A DNA stretch of 64,000 bases from Halarcobacter sp. Its GTDB lineage: Bacteria > Campylobacterota > Campylobacteria > Campylobacterales > Arcobacteraceae. The stretch's first letter is position 1; every line of letters starts with the position of its first letter. The stretch is taken from NCBI GenBank assembly GCA_048571215.1, contig CP182352.1, positions 3,008,001 to 3,072,000 on the forward strand, written 5' to 3'. The notes under the pieces were generated by a model, which was not told where the DNA came from, did not search any database, and saw only the letters and a list, made by a program, of their open reading frames with translations. The position numbers and the translations under genes are program-made. Shown in pieces: positions 49,637 through 59,609 of the stretch.

Positions 49637-50411
49637 ACATGAAAATGAAAAAAATATTGGAACACTTAAAAAAGGTGACCGAATACTTTATCTAGATGAT
49701 GTTACTGTTAGTTTTGATGGGTTTAAAGCTTTAAACTCCCTATCTTTAACAATAGAATATGAAGAGTTAAGATGTATAATTGGTGCAAATGGTGCAGGGA
49801 AATCTACTATGATGGATGTTATTACAGGGAAAACAAAACCAGATACAGGTCATGTAGTTTTTGGTAAAGCTGTTAATTTACTTCAAATGGATGAACCAAG
49901 TATTGCCCAAATTGGTATTGGAAGAAAGTTTCAAAAACCAACAGTTTTTGAGGGTCATAGTGTGTTTGAAAACCTTGAACTAGCAATGAAGGATGATAAA
50001 AGATTTTTTAAAACCCTATTTGCAAACTTAAGAGGGGAACAAAAAGATAAAATAGAACAAACCATGGAATTAATCGGACTAAAAGACAGCTACAAAGCCC
50101 ATGCAGGTATCTTATCCCATGGACAAAAACAATGGCTAGAAATAGGGATGCTTTTAATGCAAAGCCCAAAACTACTCCTTGTAGATGAACCAGTTGCAGG
50201 GATGACCCCAGGAGAAGTAGAAAAGACAGCAGAGATTTTAACTGATTTATCCAAATCACATAGTGTGGTTGTAGTTGAACACGATATGGAGTTTATTAGA
50301 AGTATTGCAAAAAAAGTAACTGTATTACATGAGGGTTCTGTTTTAGCAGAGGGATCTATGAAAGATGTTCAAGAAAACGAAAAAGTAAGAAAAGTTTACT
50401 TAGGAGAATAA
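49623..50411 (+). CDS. urtD: Urea ABC transporter ATPase
   Basis: GANGAGKS, GIGRKFQKP, LSHGQKQWLEIGM. Confidence 0.93.
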   Translation: MQLLKHENEKNIGTLKKGDRILYLDDVTVSFDGFKALNSLSLTIEYEELRCIIGANGAGKSTMMDVITGKTKPDTGHVVFGKAVNLLQMDEPSIAQIGIGRKFQKPTVFEGHSVFENLELAMKDDKRFFKTLFANLRGEQKDKIEQTMELIGLKDSYKAHAGILSHGQKQWLEIGMLLMQSPKLLLVDEPVAGMTPGEVEKTAEILTDLSKSHSVVVVEHDMEFIRSIAKKVTVLHEGSVLAEGSMKDVQENEKVRKVYLGE

Positions 50412-50412
50412 T

Positions 50413-51108
50413 ATGTTAGAAATAAAAAATCTAAACCAATTTTATGGACAAAGTCATACTCTTTGGGATTTAAACCTTGAGATAAAACAAGGAAGATGTA
50501 CTTGTCTTATGGGAAGAAATGGGGTTGGTAAAACAACTTTAGCAAAAGCTATTATGGGATTACTTCCAATAAAAGATGGTGAGATTCTTTTTGAAAATAA
50601 AAATATAGCTAAACTTGGAAGTGAAAAAAGAGCAGGCTTAGGTATAGGTTATGTACCTCAAGGAAGAGAGATTTTTTCACAACTAAGTGTAAAAGAGAAT
50701 TTAGAGATAGGATTACTTGGAAATAGAAATGGTTTAAAGAAAGTTCCTGATAAAATATACGAACTATTTCCAGTTTTAAAAGATATGCTAAAAAGAAAAG
50801 GTGGTGACCTTTCAGGTGGTCAACAACAACAATTAGCAATAGGAAGAGCTTTATGTTTGGAGCCAAAACTTCTAATACTTGATGAACCAAGTGAAGGGAT
50901 TCAGCCTAATATTGTTCAACAAATTGGTGGAGTAATAGATTATTTAACAAAAGAGGAGAAGATTACTGTAATACTAGTTGAACAAAAACTACCATTTGCA
51001 AAAAAACATGGAGATGATTTCTATTTATTAGAGAGGGGAAATGTTGTTGCAAAAGGTGAAATTGAAGATTTAAGTGATGAAATAGTAGAACAATATCTAT
51101 CAGTATAA
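50413..51108 (+). CDS. urtE: Urea ABC transporter ATPase
   Basis: GRNGVGKT, VPQGREIF, LSGGQQQQLAI, EGIQP. Confidence 0.93.
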   Translation: MLEIKNLNQFYGQSHTLWDLNLEIKQGRCTCLMGRNGVGKTTLAKAIMGLLPIKDGEILFENKNIAKLGSEKRAGLGIGYVPQGREIFSQLSVKENLEIGLLGNRNGLKKVPDKIYELFPVLKDMLKRKGGDLSGGQQQQLAIGRALCLEPKLLILDEPSEGIQPNIVQQIGGVIDYLTKEEKITVILVEQKLPFAKKHGDDFYLLERGNVVAKGEIEDLSDEIVEQYLSV

Positions 51109-51131
51109 AATATCTTATTTAATCTTTTTAA

Positions 51132-51161
51132 GATAAAGGAGTTAATAAAAACCCCTTTATC
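51132..51161. terminator. Hairpin between the convergent urtE and TSUP genes
   Basis: GATAAAGGAGTT / AACCCCTTTATC. Confidence 0.55.
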
Positions 51162-51170
51162 AAAATGGTT

Positions 51171-51977
51171 TTAAACTAAAACCATTTTAATTCCTACACA
51201 ACATAAAAAGATTGCAAAAGCAAGCTTTAGTTGTTTTACATTTAGTTTATATGCTAACTTCACCCCATAAGGTGCAAAAAACATTGTCATAGGTACAAGT
51301 ACTATAAAAGCTAACCAGTTAACATATCCAGTTGAGGCTAAAGGAAGATTCTCTACATTCCACCCAACAATAATATAACTTATTGTTGCAGGTATACTAA
51401 TAATAAGTCCAAACAATGAAGCTGTACTAACAGCTCTGTGAATTGGAAATGAAAATAGTGATAATAAAGGAACCATCAAAGTTCCTCCTCCAATTCCTAA
51501 TAATGAAGCAAAACCACCAAGAAGTGTGGCAAAAATAGATTGCCCAAATCTTCCTGGAAGAGACTCAGCTATTACAAGTTTCTTAAAACTACTAATAATC
51601 ATATTAAGAGATACAACTAGAAGTAAAATACCAAACATAAACTTTAAATTTGTTCCATCTATAAATTTAGATGAAAATGCTCCAATTAAAACTCCAAGAA
51701 TCACAAAGGGGATCCATTTTTTTGATAAATCCCAATCTATTCCACCTTTTTTATGGTGAGACCTTGCAGACATTATTGAAGTTACAACAATAGTTGATAA
51801 AGATGTACCAATAGCTAAAGGCATTGCAATTGAGATATCAATATTCATATAGATAAATATATGATAAAGCATAGGGACAATTACAATTCCTCCACCAACA
51901 CCAAGTAATCCTGCAAGCAAGCCAGCTACTACGCCACTTGCCAACAAAATTGGGACTAATACTAATAATTCATTCAT
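51171..51977 (-). CDS. TSUP (TauE/SafE) family transporter
   Basis: GLLGVGGGIVIVP and LGIGGGTLMVP repeats. Confidence 0.9.
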   Translation of the reverse strand: MNELLVLVPILLASGVVAGLLAGLLGVGGGIVIVPMLYHIFIYMNIDISIAMPLAIGTSLSTIVVTSIMSARSHHKKGGIDWDLSKKWIPFVILGVLIGAFSSKFIDGTNLKFMFGILLLVVSLNMIISSFKKLVIAESLPGRFGQSIFATLLGGFASLLGIGGGTLMVPLLSLFSFPIHRAVSTASLFGLIISIPATISYIIVGWNVENLPLASTGYVNWLAFIVLVPMTMFFAPYGVKLAYKLNVKQLKLAFAIFLCCVGIKMVLV

Positions 51978-51993
51978 AAAAATTTATCCTTAT

Positions 51994-53589
51994 TTAAAAA
52001 CTTGATGCCTTACCATCACTTCTTGGGTCAAATGCCCCTTTTATAGTTTTTGATGTATCATAAACTAGAGCTCCTGCATGACCAACGGCAGAATCTAATT
52101 CACCTAAAATTTCAACATCATGACCTTTTTCTTTTAATTCATTAATCAACTTATCATCAAACCTAGATTCTAGTTTTAAACTTTGAGAGGAATTACCCCA
52201 AGTTCTTCCTAGAAGCCATCTAGGATTATTTATACAAGTTTGCAAATCTTCATTGTAATAAGCATATCTAGAAAAAACTGCTGCTTGAGTTTGTGGCTGT
52301 CCATCTCCACCCATAGTTCCATAAGCCATCACTCTTCCATCATCAAACAATGCAATTGCAGGGTTTAAGGTATGGAAAGGTTTTTTGTGTGGTTCTAAAG
52401 CTTGAATATGAGATGAGTCTAAAGCAAAACTACAACCTCTATTTTGCCAAACAATACCAGTTTCAGGCAATGTTAATCCACTTCCAAACTCATGATAAAT
52501 ACTTTGAATAGCACTTACAACTCTACCTTCTAAATCTATTGCACCAAACCAAGTTGTATCACCAGGTGCTGCATTTTCTCCCCAAGGTAAAGCTTTTTCT
52601 AAATCTATCTCTTTACTTAATTCATCAAGATATTCAGGTTCAAGCCAAGCTTGAAGCTCTTCAAATGTGGCAGCAGTATTCATTTTATCTCTGTGTCTAA
52701 AGGCGATTTTAGTAGCCTCTACTAATAAATGAACATGATTTGTAGAATCTTTTTGTGGTAATTTTTCTACCCATCTATCAAATAAACCTAAAATCATAAG
52801 TGAAGTAACACCTTGAGTTGGGGCTGAAGCATTGAACAACTTTGCATTACTTGTTTTCATCTGCAAAGCTTTATTCCAAGAAGCGTGATGTTCATTTAAA
52901 TCTTTATGTGATAATAAAGAATCCCTTTGCTTTAAATCATTTGAAATATCTTGGGATAAACTTCCTCTGTAAAAATCATCATATCCGTTAACTCCAAGAG
53001 TATTAAGTGTTTTTCCTAATTTTTCTTGAACAAGTGTTTCCCCTTTTTGAGGTACCTTTCCCTTTGGATAATAGATACTTGCAAAATATGAATCTTTTAT
53101 TAATTCATCTTTTTTCTCTTCTAGTGTTTGAGATAAAGATTCTGTAACTATAATTCCATTTGTTGCTGAGTTTACTGCTTCATCTACAAGTTTTGAAGAG
53201 GAAAGTTTCCCATCCCAATCTTTTTTACTTTTATTATATGCTAAATCCCATGCAGAAACTGCTCCTGCGACACTATTGGCAGCTAATCTTCCCCTAAAAG
53301 GAATAGAATCTAAACCTTCATAAGCACTCATATTTACATCAAATCCAGAGAATCCAGAAGCTTCAATAAAACTAACACCCTCTTTAGGGTCATAAATCAA
53401 CCAAAATGCATCTCCACCTATTCCCGTCATATGAGGATAGTGTACTGCTAAAGATGAGGCAACTGCAATTGAAGCTTCAATTGCATTTCCCCCTTGTTTT
53501 AAAATTTCAAGTCCTGCATCTGAGGCACAATGGTGTGGTGAAACTACCATACCATTTTTTGATACTTCTGTTTTAGGTAAGTTATTCAT
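51994..53589 (-). CDS. Gamma-glutamyltransferase family protein, HpxW/oxamate amidohydrolase-like
   Basis: YPHMTGIGGDAFW, GDTTWF nucleophile, QSIYHEFGSG, GTMGGDGQPQTQ, DPRSDG. Confidence 0.8.
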   Translation of the reverse strand: MNNLPKTEVSKNGMVVSPHHCASDAGLEILKQGGNAIEASIAVASSLAVHYPHMTGIGGDAFWLIYDPKEGVSFIEASGFSGFDVNMSAYEGLDSIPFRGRLAANSVAGAVSAWDLAYNKSKKDWDGKLSSSKLVDEAVNSATNGIIVTESLSQTLEEKKDELIKDSYFASIYYPKGKVPQKGETLVQEKLGKTLNTLGVNGYDDFYRGSLSQDISNDLKQRDSLLSHKDLNEHHASWNKALQMKTSNAKLFNASAPTQGVTSLMILGLFDRWVEKLPQKDSTNHVHLLVEATKIAFRHRDKMNTAATFEELQAWLEPEYLDELSKEIDLEKALPWGENAAPGDTTWFGAIDLEGRVVSAIQSIYHEFGSGLTLPETGIVWQNRGCSFALDSSHIQALEPHKKPFHTLNPAIALFDDGRVMAYGTMGGDGQPQTQAAVFSRYAYYNEDLQTCINNPRWLLGRTWGNSSQSLKLESRFDDKLINELKEKGHDVEILGELDSAVGHAGALVYDTSKTIKGAFDPRSDGKASSF

Positions 53590-53590
53590 A

Positions 53591-54916
53591 TTACATCCAT
53601 CCTATTGCTTTTGGTAGCCAAAGGGCTATTTCTGGGAAAATCATCACCAATGCAATTACAATTATTTGAATTGCAATAAAAGGTAATACCCCCTTATAAA
53701 TCTCCATAGTTTTTATCTCTTTAGGAGCAACCCCTTTTAAGAAAAAGAGTGACCAGCCAAAGGGTGGAGTTAAAAATGATGATTGAAGGTTTAAGGCTAC
53801 TAAAATACCTAACCAAATCATATTTATATCAAGTGCATGGAATATTGGTAATACTAATGGTAAAACAATATATGATATCTCAATCCATTCTAAGAAAAAT
53901 CCTAAAACAAATAAAACCAACATCATAAATAGAATTGATCCCCACATTCCCCCTGGTATTGCTGCAAAAAGATCTTCAACTAAATAATCCCCTTCTAAAC
54001 CTCTAAAACTAAGTCCAAAAACTTGTGAGGCGATAAGAACGAACATAATCATACCAGTCACTTTCATAGTTTCATATAAAGTTTCTTTTAAAATTGCTAA
54101 ATTTAATCTTTTACTTAAAAATACAATCACTAATGCTCCAATAGCACCCATAGAAGCTGCTTCTGTAGGAGCTGCAAGGCCACCAATAATAGAACCTAAT
54201 ACGGCAAAAATCAATAAAAAAGGTGGTGCAACAGATTTAAAAAATTCAATCCATAACTCTTTTTTTGAGTAGGTATCTCTCTCCTCTTGATCAATTGGAG
54301 GAACATGATGGGGTGCAAATTTACTTAAAAGAATTATATAAACAATATAACAAGTAGCTAAAAGTAATCCCGGCATTAATGCAGCAGCAAATAAAGGACC
54401 AATAGCTTCTCCACTAATATCAGCAAGTAAGATTAAAACTAAACTTGGTGGTAAAATTTGTCCTAATGTTCCAGAAGCACAAATGGTACCGCAGGATACA
54501 CTATGACTATAATTTCTTTTTAAAAGTGTTGGTAAAGCAATCATAGTTAAAGTAACAACTGTTGCACCAACAATACCTGTTGACGCACCCATTAAAATAC
54601 CAACTACAATTATAGCAATTGCCATGCCACCAGGTTTTTTACCAGATAATAATCCTAAAACATCAAGCATCTTTTCTGCTAAGCGGGATTTTTCCAATAA
54701 AATACCCATAAAAACAAAAAGTGGTACTGCCAATAAAGTATAGTTTGTTAATACACCAAAAATTCTTGAAGGCAAAAGATTAAATAGATTTAAATCAACT
54801 CCTATAACCCCAAAAAATAAACCAGCCCCTGCAATTGCAAAAGCAACAGGAACTCCCAATAGTATAAGCGCAAAAAGGGATACAACCATCATAATTGCTA
54901 ATATTTGTGGATCCAT
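53591..54916 (-). CDS. TRAP transporter large permease (DctM)
   Basis: LAVPLFVFMG, SGTLGQILPPS, PTEAA, LTPPFG. Confidence 0.93.
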   Translation of the reverse strand: MDPQILAIMMVVSLFALILLGVPVAFAIAGAGLFFGVIGVDLNLFNLLPSRIFGVLTNYTLLAVPLFVFMGILLEKSRLAEKMLDVLGLLSGKKPGGMAIAIIVVGILMGASTGIVGATVVTLTMIALPTLLKRNYSHSVSCGTICASGTLGQILPPSLVLILLADISGEAIGPLFAAALMPGLLLATCYIVYIILLSKFAPHHVPPIDQEERDTYSKKELWIEFFKSVAPPFLLIFAVLGSIIGGLAAPTEAASMGAIGALVIVFLSKRLNLAILKETLYETMKVTGMIMFVLIASQVFGLSFRGLEGDYLVEDLFAAIPGGMWGSILFMMLVLFVLGFFLEWIEISYIVLPLVLPIFHALDINMIWLGILVALNLQSSFLTPPFGWSLFFLKGVAPKEIKTMEIYKGVLPFIAIQIIVIALVMIFPEIALWLPKAIGWM

Positions 54917-54919
54917 AGC

Positions 54920-55429
54920 CTACTTTTCCCCTTTTATATGTGATATAGCTCTAAATAGAACTGCTAACCCTTGTACTAAAATCAGTGTGAATCCTAAAGG
55001 GATAAGTGATTTTACTAAATATCGATATGGTAAACCTCCAGGGTCAGGAGAAACCTCACCAGTTACATAAGATTGCATTACATATTGACTTGATAGATAA
55101 ATGATAAAAAGTGAAAATGGAATAATAATTAGTAATGGGATTAAAACATCCATCCAAACTTTTACATTTTTACTGTAATGGTGATAAAAAAGATCAACTC
55201 TTACATGTTCACCTTGTTGAAATGTAAATGCAGAACCAAACATTGCAATTGCTGCTAATATATGCCATTGAAGCTCTTGCTCAGCAATTGAACTTACATG
55301 AAAAAAATATCTAAAAAGAACATCCCCTGAAACCTGAAGAACCAAAATAAAAATCAACCAAGAACTTATTTGACCGATACGTTCTATGAACGTATCAAGT
55401 CTATTTGAAATATTTAATAAGTTTATCAT
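54920..55429 (-). CDS. TRAP transporter small permease (DctQ)
   Basis: 4 TM, ELQWH, HVRVD. Confidence 0.92.
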   Translation of the reverse strand: MINLLNISNRLDTFIERIGQISSWLIFILVLQVSGDVLFRYFFHVSSIAEQELQWHILAAIAMFGSAFTFQQGEHVRVDLFYHHYSKNVKVWMDVLIPLLIIIPFSLFIIYLSSQYVMQSYVTGEVSPDPGGLPYRYLVKSLIPLGFTLILVQGLAVLFRAISHIKGEK

Positions 55430-56523
55430 GATGATAACTTAGTCATCACAACTTCTTCACTTTTATTTTGCCAATCATCGTGCATTGCTTTAAAAGCAAA
55501 GTAACTGTCGTGAACTTTTTTTACTAAAGGATCTTTTGCTGTAAGTTTGTCATATGTAGCAAATGTCACTTCTCTTAATTTTTCAATAACTGAATCTGGT
55601 AATGTTTTAGCAATTACCCCTTGATTTTTAACTAAATCTTCTAGTGCTTCTGAGTTATTTGCTTCAGACCATGAAAGTCCCATAAGATTACATTCAGCAG
55701 CAACTGTTTTTACGATTGCTTGTAAATCTTTTGGTAATGAATTCCAAGCATCTTTATTAATTAGACACTCACTTGTATTACTTGGTTCTCCCCAACCTGT
55801 AGTATAATAATATTTAGCAGCTTTTTGGAATCCCATTCTTCTATCTTGGAAAGGTCCAACAAATTCAGCCGCATCTATAACACCCCTTTCAAGTGCAGGG
55901 AAAATTTCACCACCTGGAAGAAGTTTAACACTAACTCCTAACTGCTCTAATACTTTACCTGCAAGCCCTGGAACTCTCATTCTAAGACCATTTAAATCTT
56001 CAACATTATTAATCTCTTTTTTGAACCATCCTGTCATTTGTACACCAGTATTTCCTGCTGCAAGACCTATAACATTAAATGGTTTATATACTTCATCCCA
56101 TAACTCTTGTCCTCCACCAAATTGAAGCCAAGCATTTGTTCCTTGAAAATTCATACCAAATGGCACTGCTGTAAAGTATTGTGCTGCAAAAGTTTTACCT
56201 GCCCAAAAAAATGAGTTACCCCAGTTCATTTGAATAGTTCCTTTTGAAACTGCATCAAAACCTTCCATTGCAGGTATAAGTTCACCAGCAGGATAATGTT
56301 TAATTCTTAATCTTCCATCAGACAACTCTTCAATTCTTTTACAAAAATATTCTGCACTTCCTGGTCCTTTTGAATAAAAAGGAGCTCCTGCACCATAGCA
56401 GTTTGTCATCTTCCATCTAAATTTTTTATCAGAACTTGCATTTGCGATACTTGGACCAGCAACTGCTGTACCTAAACCTAATAACCCTGTTTTCTTTATG
56501 AAATTTCTTCTATTTTCAATCAT
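55426..56523 (-). CDS. TRAP substrate-binding protein (DctP/TakP-like), Tat-exported
   Basis: RRNFIK Tat motif, PAGEL, GNTGVQMTGWF, LERGVIDAAEF. Confidence 0.92.
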   Translation of the reverse strand: MIENRRNFIKKTGLLGLGTAVAGPSIANASSDKKFRWKMTNCYGAGAPFYSKGPGSAEYFCKRIEELSDGRLRIKHYPAGELIPAMEGFDAVSKGTIQMNWGNSFFWAGKTFAAQYFTAVPFGMNFQGTNAWLQFGGGQELWDEVYKPFNVIGLAAGNTGVQMTGWFKKEINNVEDLNGLRMRVPGLAGKVLEQLGVSVKLLPGGEIFPALERGVIDAAEFVGPFQDRRMGFQKAAKYYYTTGWGEPSNTSECLINKDAWNSLPKDLQAIVKTVAAECNLMGLSWSEANNSEALEDLVKNQGVIAKTLPDSVIEKLREVTFATYDKLTAKDPLVKKVHDSYFAFKAMHDDWQNKSEEVVMTKLSS

Positions 56524-56856
56524 GTTATTCCTTATTAATGTTTTATTTAAATTTAGAGTGAATCATCAAATGATATTAATCTAAACATGTTTGATAGGTG
56601 TATTCTATAACGTGGGTAGTTTTTTGTAAAGATATTTTTTAGCAATAACTATACATTCAAAATGTATATTATATATACAATAAATGTATATTTTTTATGC
56701 AAAATTAGGGCTCTAGCTTTACACTAATTATAATTGAACTTATGCTATCATCTAAATTCAAACCAGCTAATAAGAACCATAAATAAACTGATATAATAAA
56801 GTATTTTTTAGTTGGATTTAATTTTAATAAATAAGAAAATGAGTTTAAAATATAAT

Positions 56857-57372
56857 ATGAAAATAGAAATAAAACCAAAACCACTTACAAAAGAAGCATT
56901 CAAAAAATTTGGTGAAGTAATAGAAAAAGATGACATGGAATCTATGATTATAAATAGAGGATATGCAAAAAAATTTGAAACTTGTATTATGGATTCAAAT
57001 GAGAAGAGTGGTAGCCTAAGTTTACATATATACATAGGCAAAAAAAGAGAATTCCCTTTGCATATAGATATGTTAGAAAAACATCCTTTTTTTTCACAAA
57101 CATTTTTACCAAGAAGTAAGGAACCCTTTTATAGCGTAGTTGCCCTAGGGGGAAGAGAACCTGATTTATCAACCTTAGAAATATTTGAAACAGATGGTGA
57201 ACAAGGGATACTTCTTAATAAAAGTACTTGGCATTTTTCACTACTTTGCATAAAAGATAAAGAAGAGTTCTTTGTAATAGATAAAGTAAGTACAAAGCAA
57301 AAAGGGAAAAACTTAGTTGAATGTATTGAACACAATATAAAAGATAAGCAAATTTATTTGGTTAGAGACTAA
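56857..57372 (+). CDS. allA: Ureidoglycolate lyase family protein
   Basis: PLTKEAFKKFGEVI, INRG, MLEKHPFFSQTFLP, WH, FFVID; start uncertain (56839 possible). Confidence 0.8.
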   Translation: MKIEIKPKPLTKEAFKKFGEVIEKDDMESMIINRGYAKKFETCIMDSNEKSGSLSLHIYIGKKREFPLHIDMLEKHPFFSQTFLPRSKEPFYSVVALGGREPDLSTLEIFETDGEQGILLNKSTWHFSLLCIKDKEEFFVIDKVSTKQKGKNLVECIEHNIKDKQIYLVRD

Positions 57373-57374
57373 CA

Positions 57375-58124
57375 ATGAGTATATCAATTGAGTTTAAAAA
57401 TAATACTTTTAATTTAAATAAACTAAATCTACCATCGCGGTATTTTTATTTTCAAAAACCAGAAAACTACATAAAACTTCTAAGTATTGGGGAGGGTATC
57501 TTCCCAAAAGATAGAATAAAAACAAAACTAAACTTGAGCAACTCTAACTTAGTTTTAACAACAGAATCAGCAACAAAAGTTTATGCAAGCGAAGAAGATT
57601 TTGGGATAAATAGTATAAATATCTCTTTAGAAAACTCCAATTTAGAGGTTCTAAATGATGAATTAATCTTATTTAAAAACTCAAAACTTTTACAATTTCT
57701 AAATATAAAAAGTGATGATAAGTCAACTTTTTTTTATAGTGATATCTTAACACAGGGTAGAAGTTATGAACACTTTGATTTTCAAGACTTAAAAGTTAGA
57801 AATAGATTCTACAACGAAGGAAGATTAGAGTATCTTGAAAATTTTGAAGTACAAGGTAATGATTTAAAAAAGTATATAAAAAGGCATGATGAAGCAAACT
57901 ATATATATTTAAAGTGTTATATAAAACTTCATAAAAATGAAAACTTTTTAAATATTCTTCATGAAAAAGGGTTTAACTCTTTTGGATATACTAAAACAAA
58001 AAAGATTATAATAGGAACCTTCAGTTCTAAAAATATGAATGAGATAAAAAAATTACAAAAAAAGATTTGGTACCTTTATAGAGAAGCATTAGAAAAAAAT
58101 CATTTCGATTTAGGGAAACAATAG
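57375..58124 (+). CDS. Urease accessory UreD/UreH-like protein
   Basis: GEGIFPKD, LTTESATKVY, E.I.F..S, GR..E.FDF. Confidence 0.65.
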   Translation: MSISIEFKNNTFNLNKLNLPSRYFYFQKPENYIKLLSIGEGIFPKDRIKTKLNLSNSNLVLTTESATKVYASEEDFGINSINISLENSNLEVLNDELILFKNSKLLQFLNIKSDDKSTFFYSDILTQGRSYEHFDFQDLKVRNRFYNEGRLEYLENFEVQGNDLKKYIKRHDEANYIYLKCYIKLHKNENFLNILHEKGFNSFGYTKTKKIIIGTFSSKNMNEIKKLQKKIWYLYREALEKNHFDLGKQ

Positions 58125-58152
58125 ATTATTTTATATTAATAAAAAGGTTAAA

Positions 58153-59319
58153 ATGCAAAACTCAATAAATAAAACCTCCCTCGCACTTTTTTTTATAGTA
58201 TCTGTAATCTTTTCTACCATCTATACCCCACAAGCAATATTACCAGTGTTAAAACAGACTTTTCAGATTAGCGTGTTAGAAACTAATCTATTGCTCTCTG
58301 GCATGTTGTTTGTTTTGATGATTTCAACACCTTTTTATATTCCCATATCAAATCGTTTTGGTAAGAAAAATATTATGATATTTTGTACTTTCTTCCTTTT
58401 TCTTTCTGTTTTATTATCATCTATAACTTCAAATTTTTATGTTCTTCTTTTTAGTAGATTTTTACAAGGAGTATTTGTACCTGGGATAACAGCAATTATG
58501 CTCTCTTATGTTCAAGAGATTTATCCAAAAAACCATCGAGGTTTAGGTATGGGTATTTATATGGCAGCAACTAGTTTTGGTGCTGTTATGGGAAGACTAT
58601 TAGCTGGATGGATTACTTTTTTATACTCATGGAGAATTGCTTTTTTAGTATTTGCTATTCTTTTATTTATTGCCTTTTTATCAATGATTTTTGCTTTACC
58701 AGTTAACAAAACAGAAATAGCAAATAAAAGAGTGATTAATAAAGATGCATTATTTAATTTCCTTTCAAATATAAAAATATTATCAGTATTGATTATTCCC
58801 ACTGTAGTATTTTTCTCATTTATGGCAATTTCAACTTTTGCCACATATCATTTAGCCCAAGAACCTTTTAATTTAGATGCTAGTCAATTGGGTAATATAT
58901 TTTTAGTCTTACTATTAGGGGTGATTATAAGTCCCCTTGCTGGGAGATATTCAGATATTATTGGAAGATTAAGAATTATATATTTAGGTATTGCCATTTT
59001 AATCTTAGGTATATTTTTAACCCTATCCCAATCAATTAGTTTAGTAATAGCTGGACTTGGGCTTGTAACTATGGGAATGTTTTCTGTGCAATCAGTTACA
59101 CCCACTTATCTTGGAGAATTAGTACCTGAAAATAAAGCTACAATATCTATTTTGTATCAAGGTTTCTTTTATCTTGGTGGTTGCTTAGGAACTTTCTTAC
59201 CATCAATTTTTTGGGAATACTACAACTATAATGGGGTAGCATTCTTTTGTGTCTTTTTACTTTTTATTTTAATTGCCATTTTAACTTTTCAAAATTTCTT
59301 TACTATAAAAAAGGCTTGA
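58153..59319 (+). CDS. MFS transporter (YnfM-like)
   Basis: 12 TM, YTPQAILP, SNRFGKK, MGIYMAA..G...GR. Confidence 0.88.
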   Translation: MQNSINKTSLALFFIVSVIFSTIYTPQAILPVLKQTFQISVLETNLLLSGMLFVLMISTPFYIPISNRFGKKNIMIFCTFFLFLSVLLSSITSNFYVLLFSRFLQGVFVPGITAIMLSYVQEIYPKNHRGLGMGIYMAATSFGAVMGRLLAGWITFLYSWRIAFLVFAILLFIAFLSMIFALPVNKTEIANKRVINKDALFNFLSNIKILSVLIIPTVVFFSFMAISTFATYHLAQEPFNLDASQLGNIFLVLLLGVIISPLAGRYSDIIGRLRIIYLGIAILILGIFLTLSQSISLVIAGLGLVTMGMFSVQSVTPTYLGELVPENKATISILYQGFFYLGGCLGTFLPSIFWEYYNYNGVAFFCVFLLFILIAILTFQNFFTIKKA

Positions 59320-59609
59320 GTTAATTCTTTAAAATTTATTAAATTTTTTAAGAATATTTAACTATTTTCTATAATAAGGACACAATTGCTTAATAAATAT
59401 ACAGATATGTCGTTAGATTACTAGACTTCATCTTTTTTTACCTTTATAATAAATTTGTTATTAATACGATATTTCTAAATAGTATTGAATAAAAGATGGA
59501 GGTAAATAACTAGTATGCAAAAAAGTGTTAGCTTAAATATTAATATAGGTAATATGCCTATAGATCTACATTTCATACCAAATTTAATCAATACCCAAAA
59601 GGAGGAGTA

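Noticed and set aside
59378..59390. GGACACAATTGCT as a sigma54 promoter
   Set aside because: GG-GC spacing is 8, not 10
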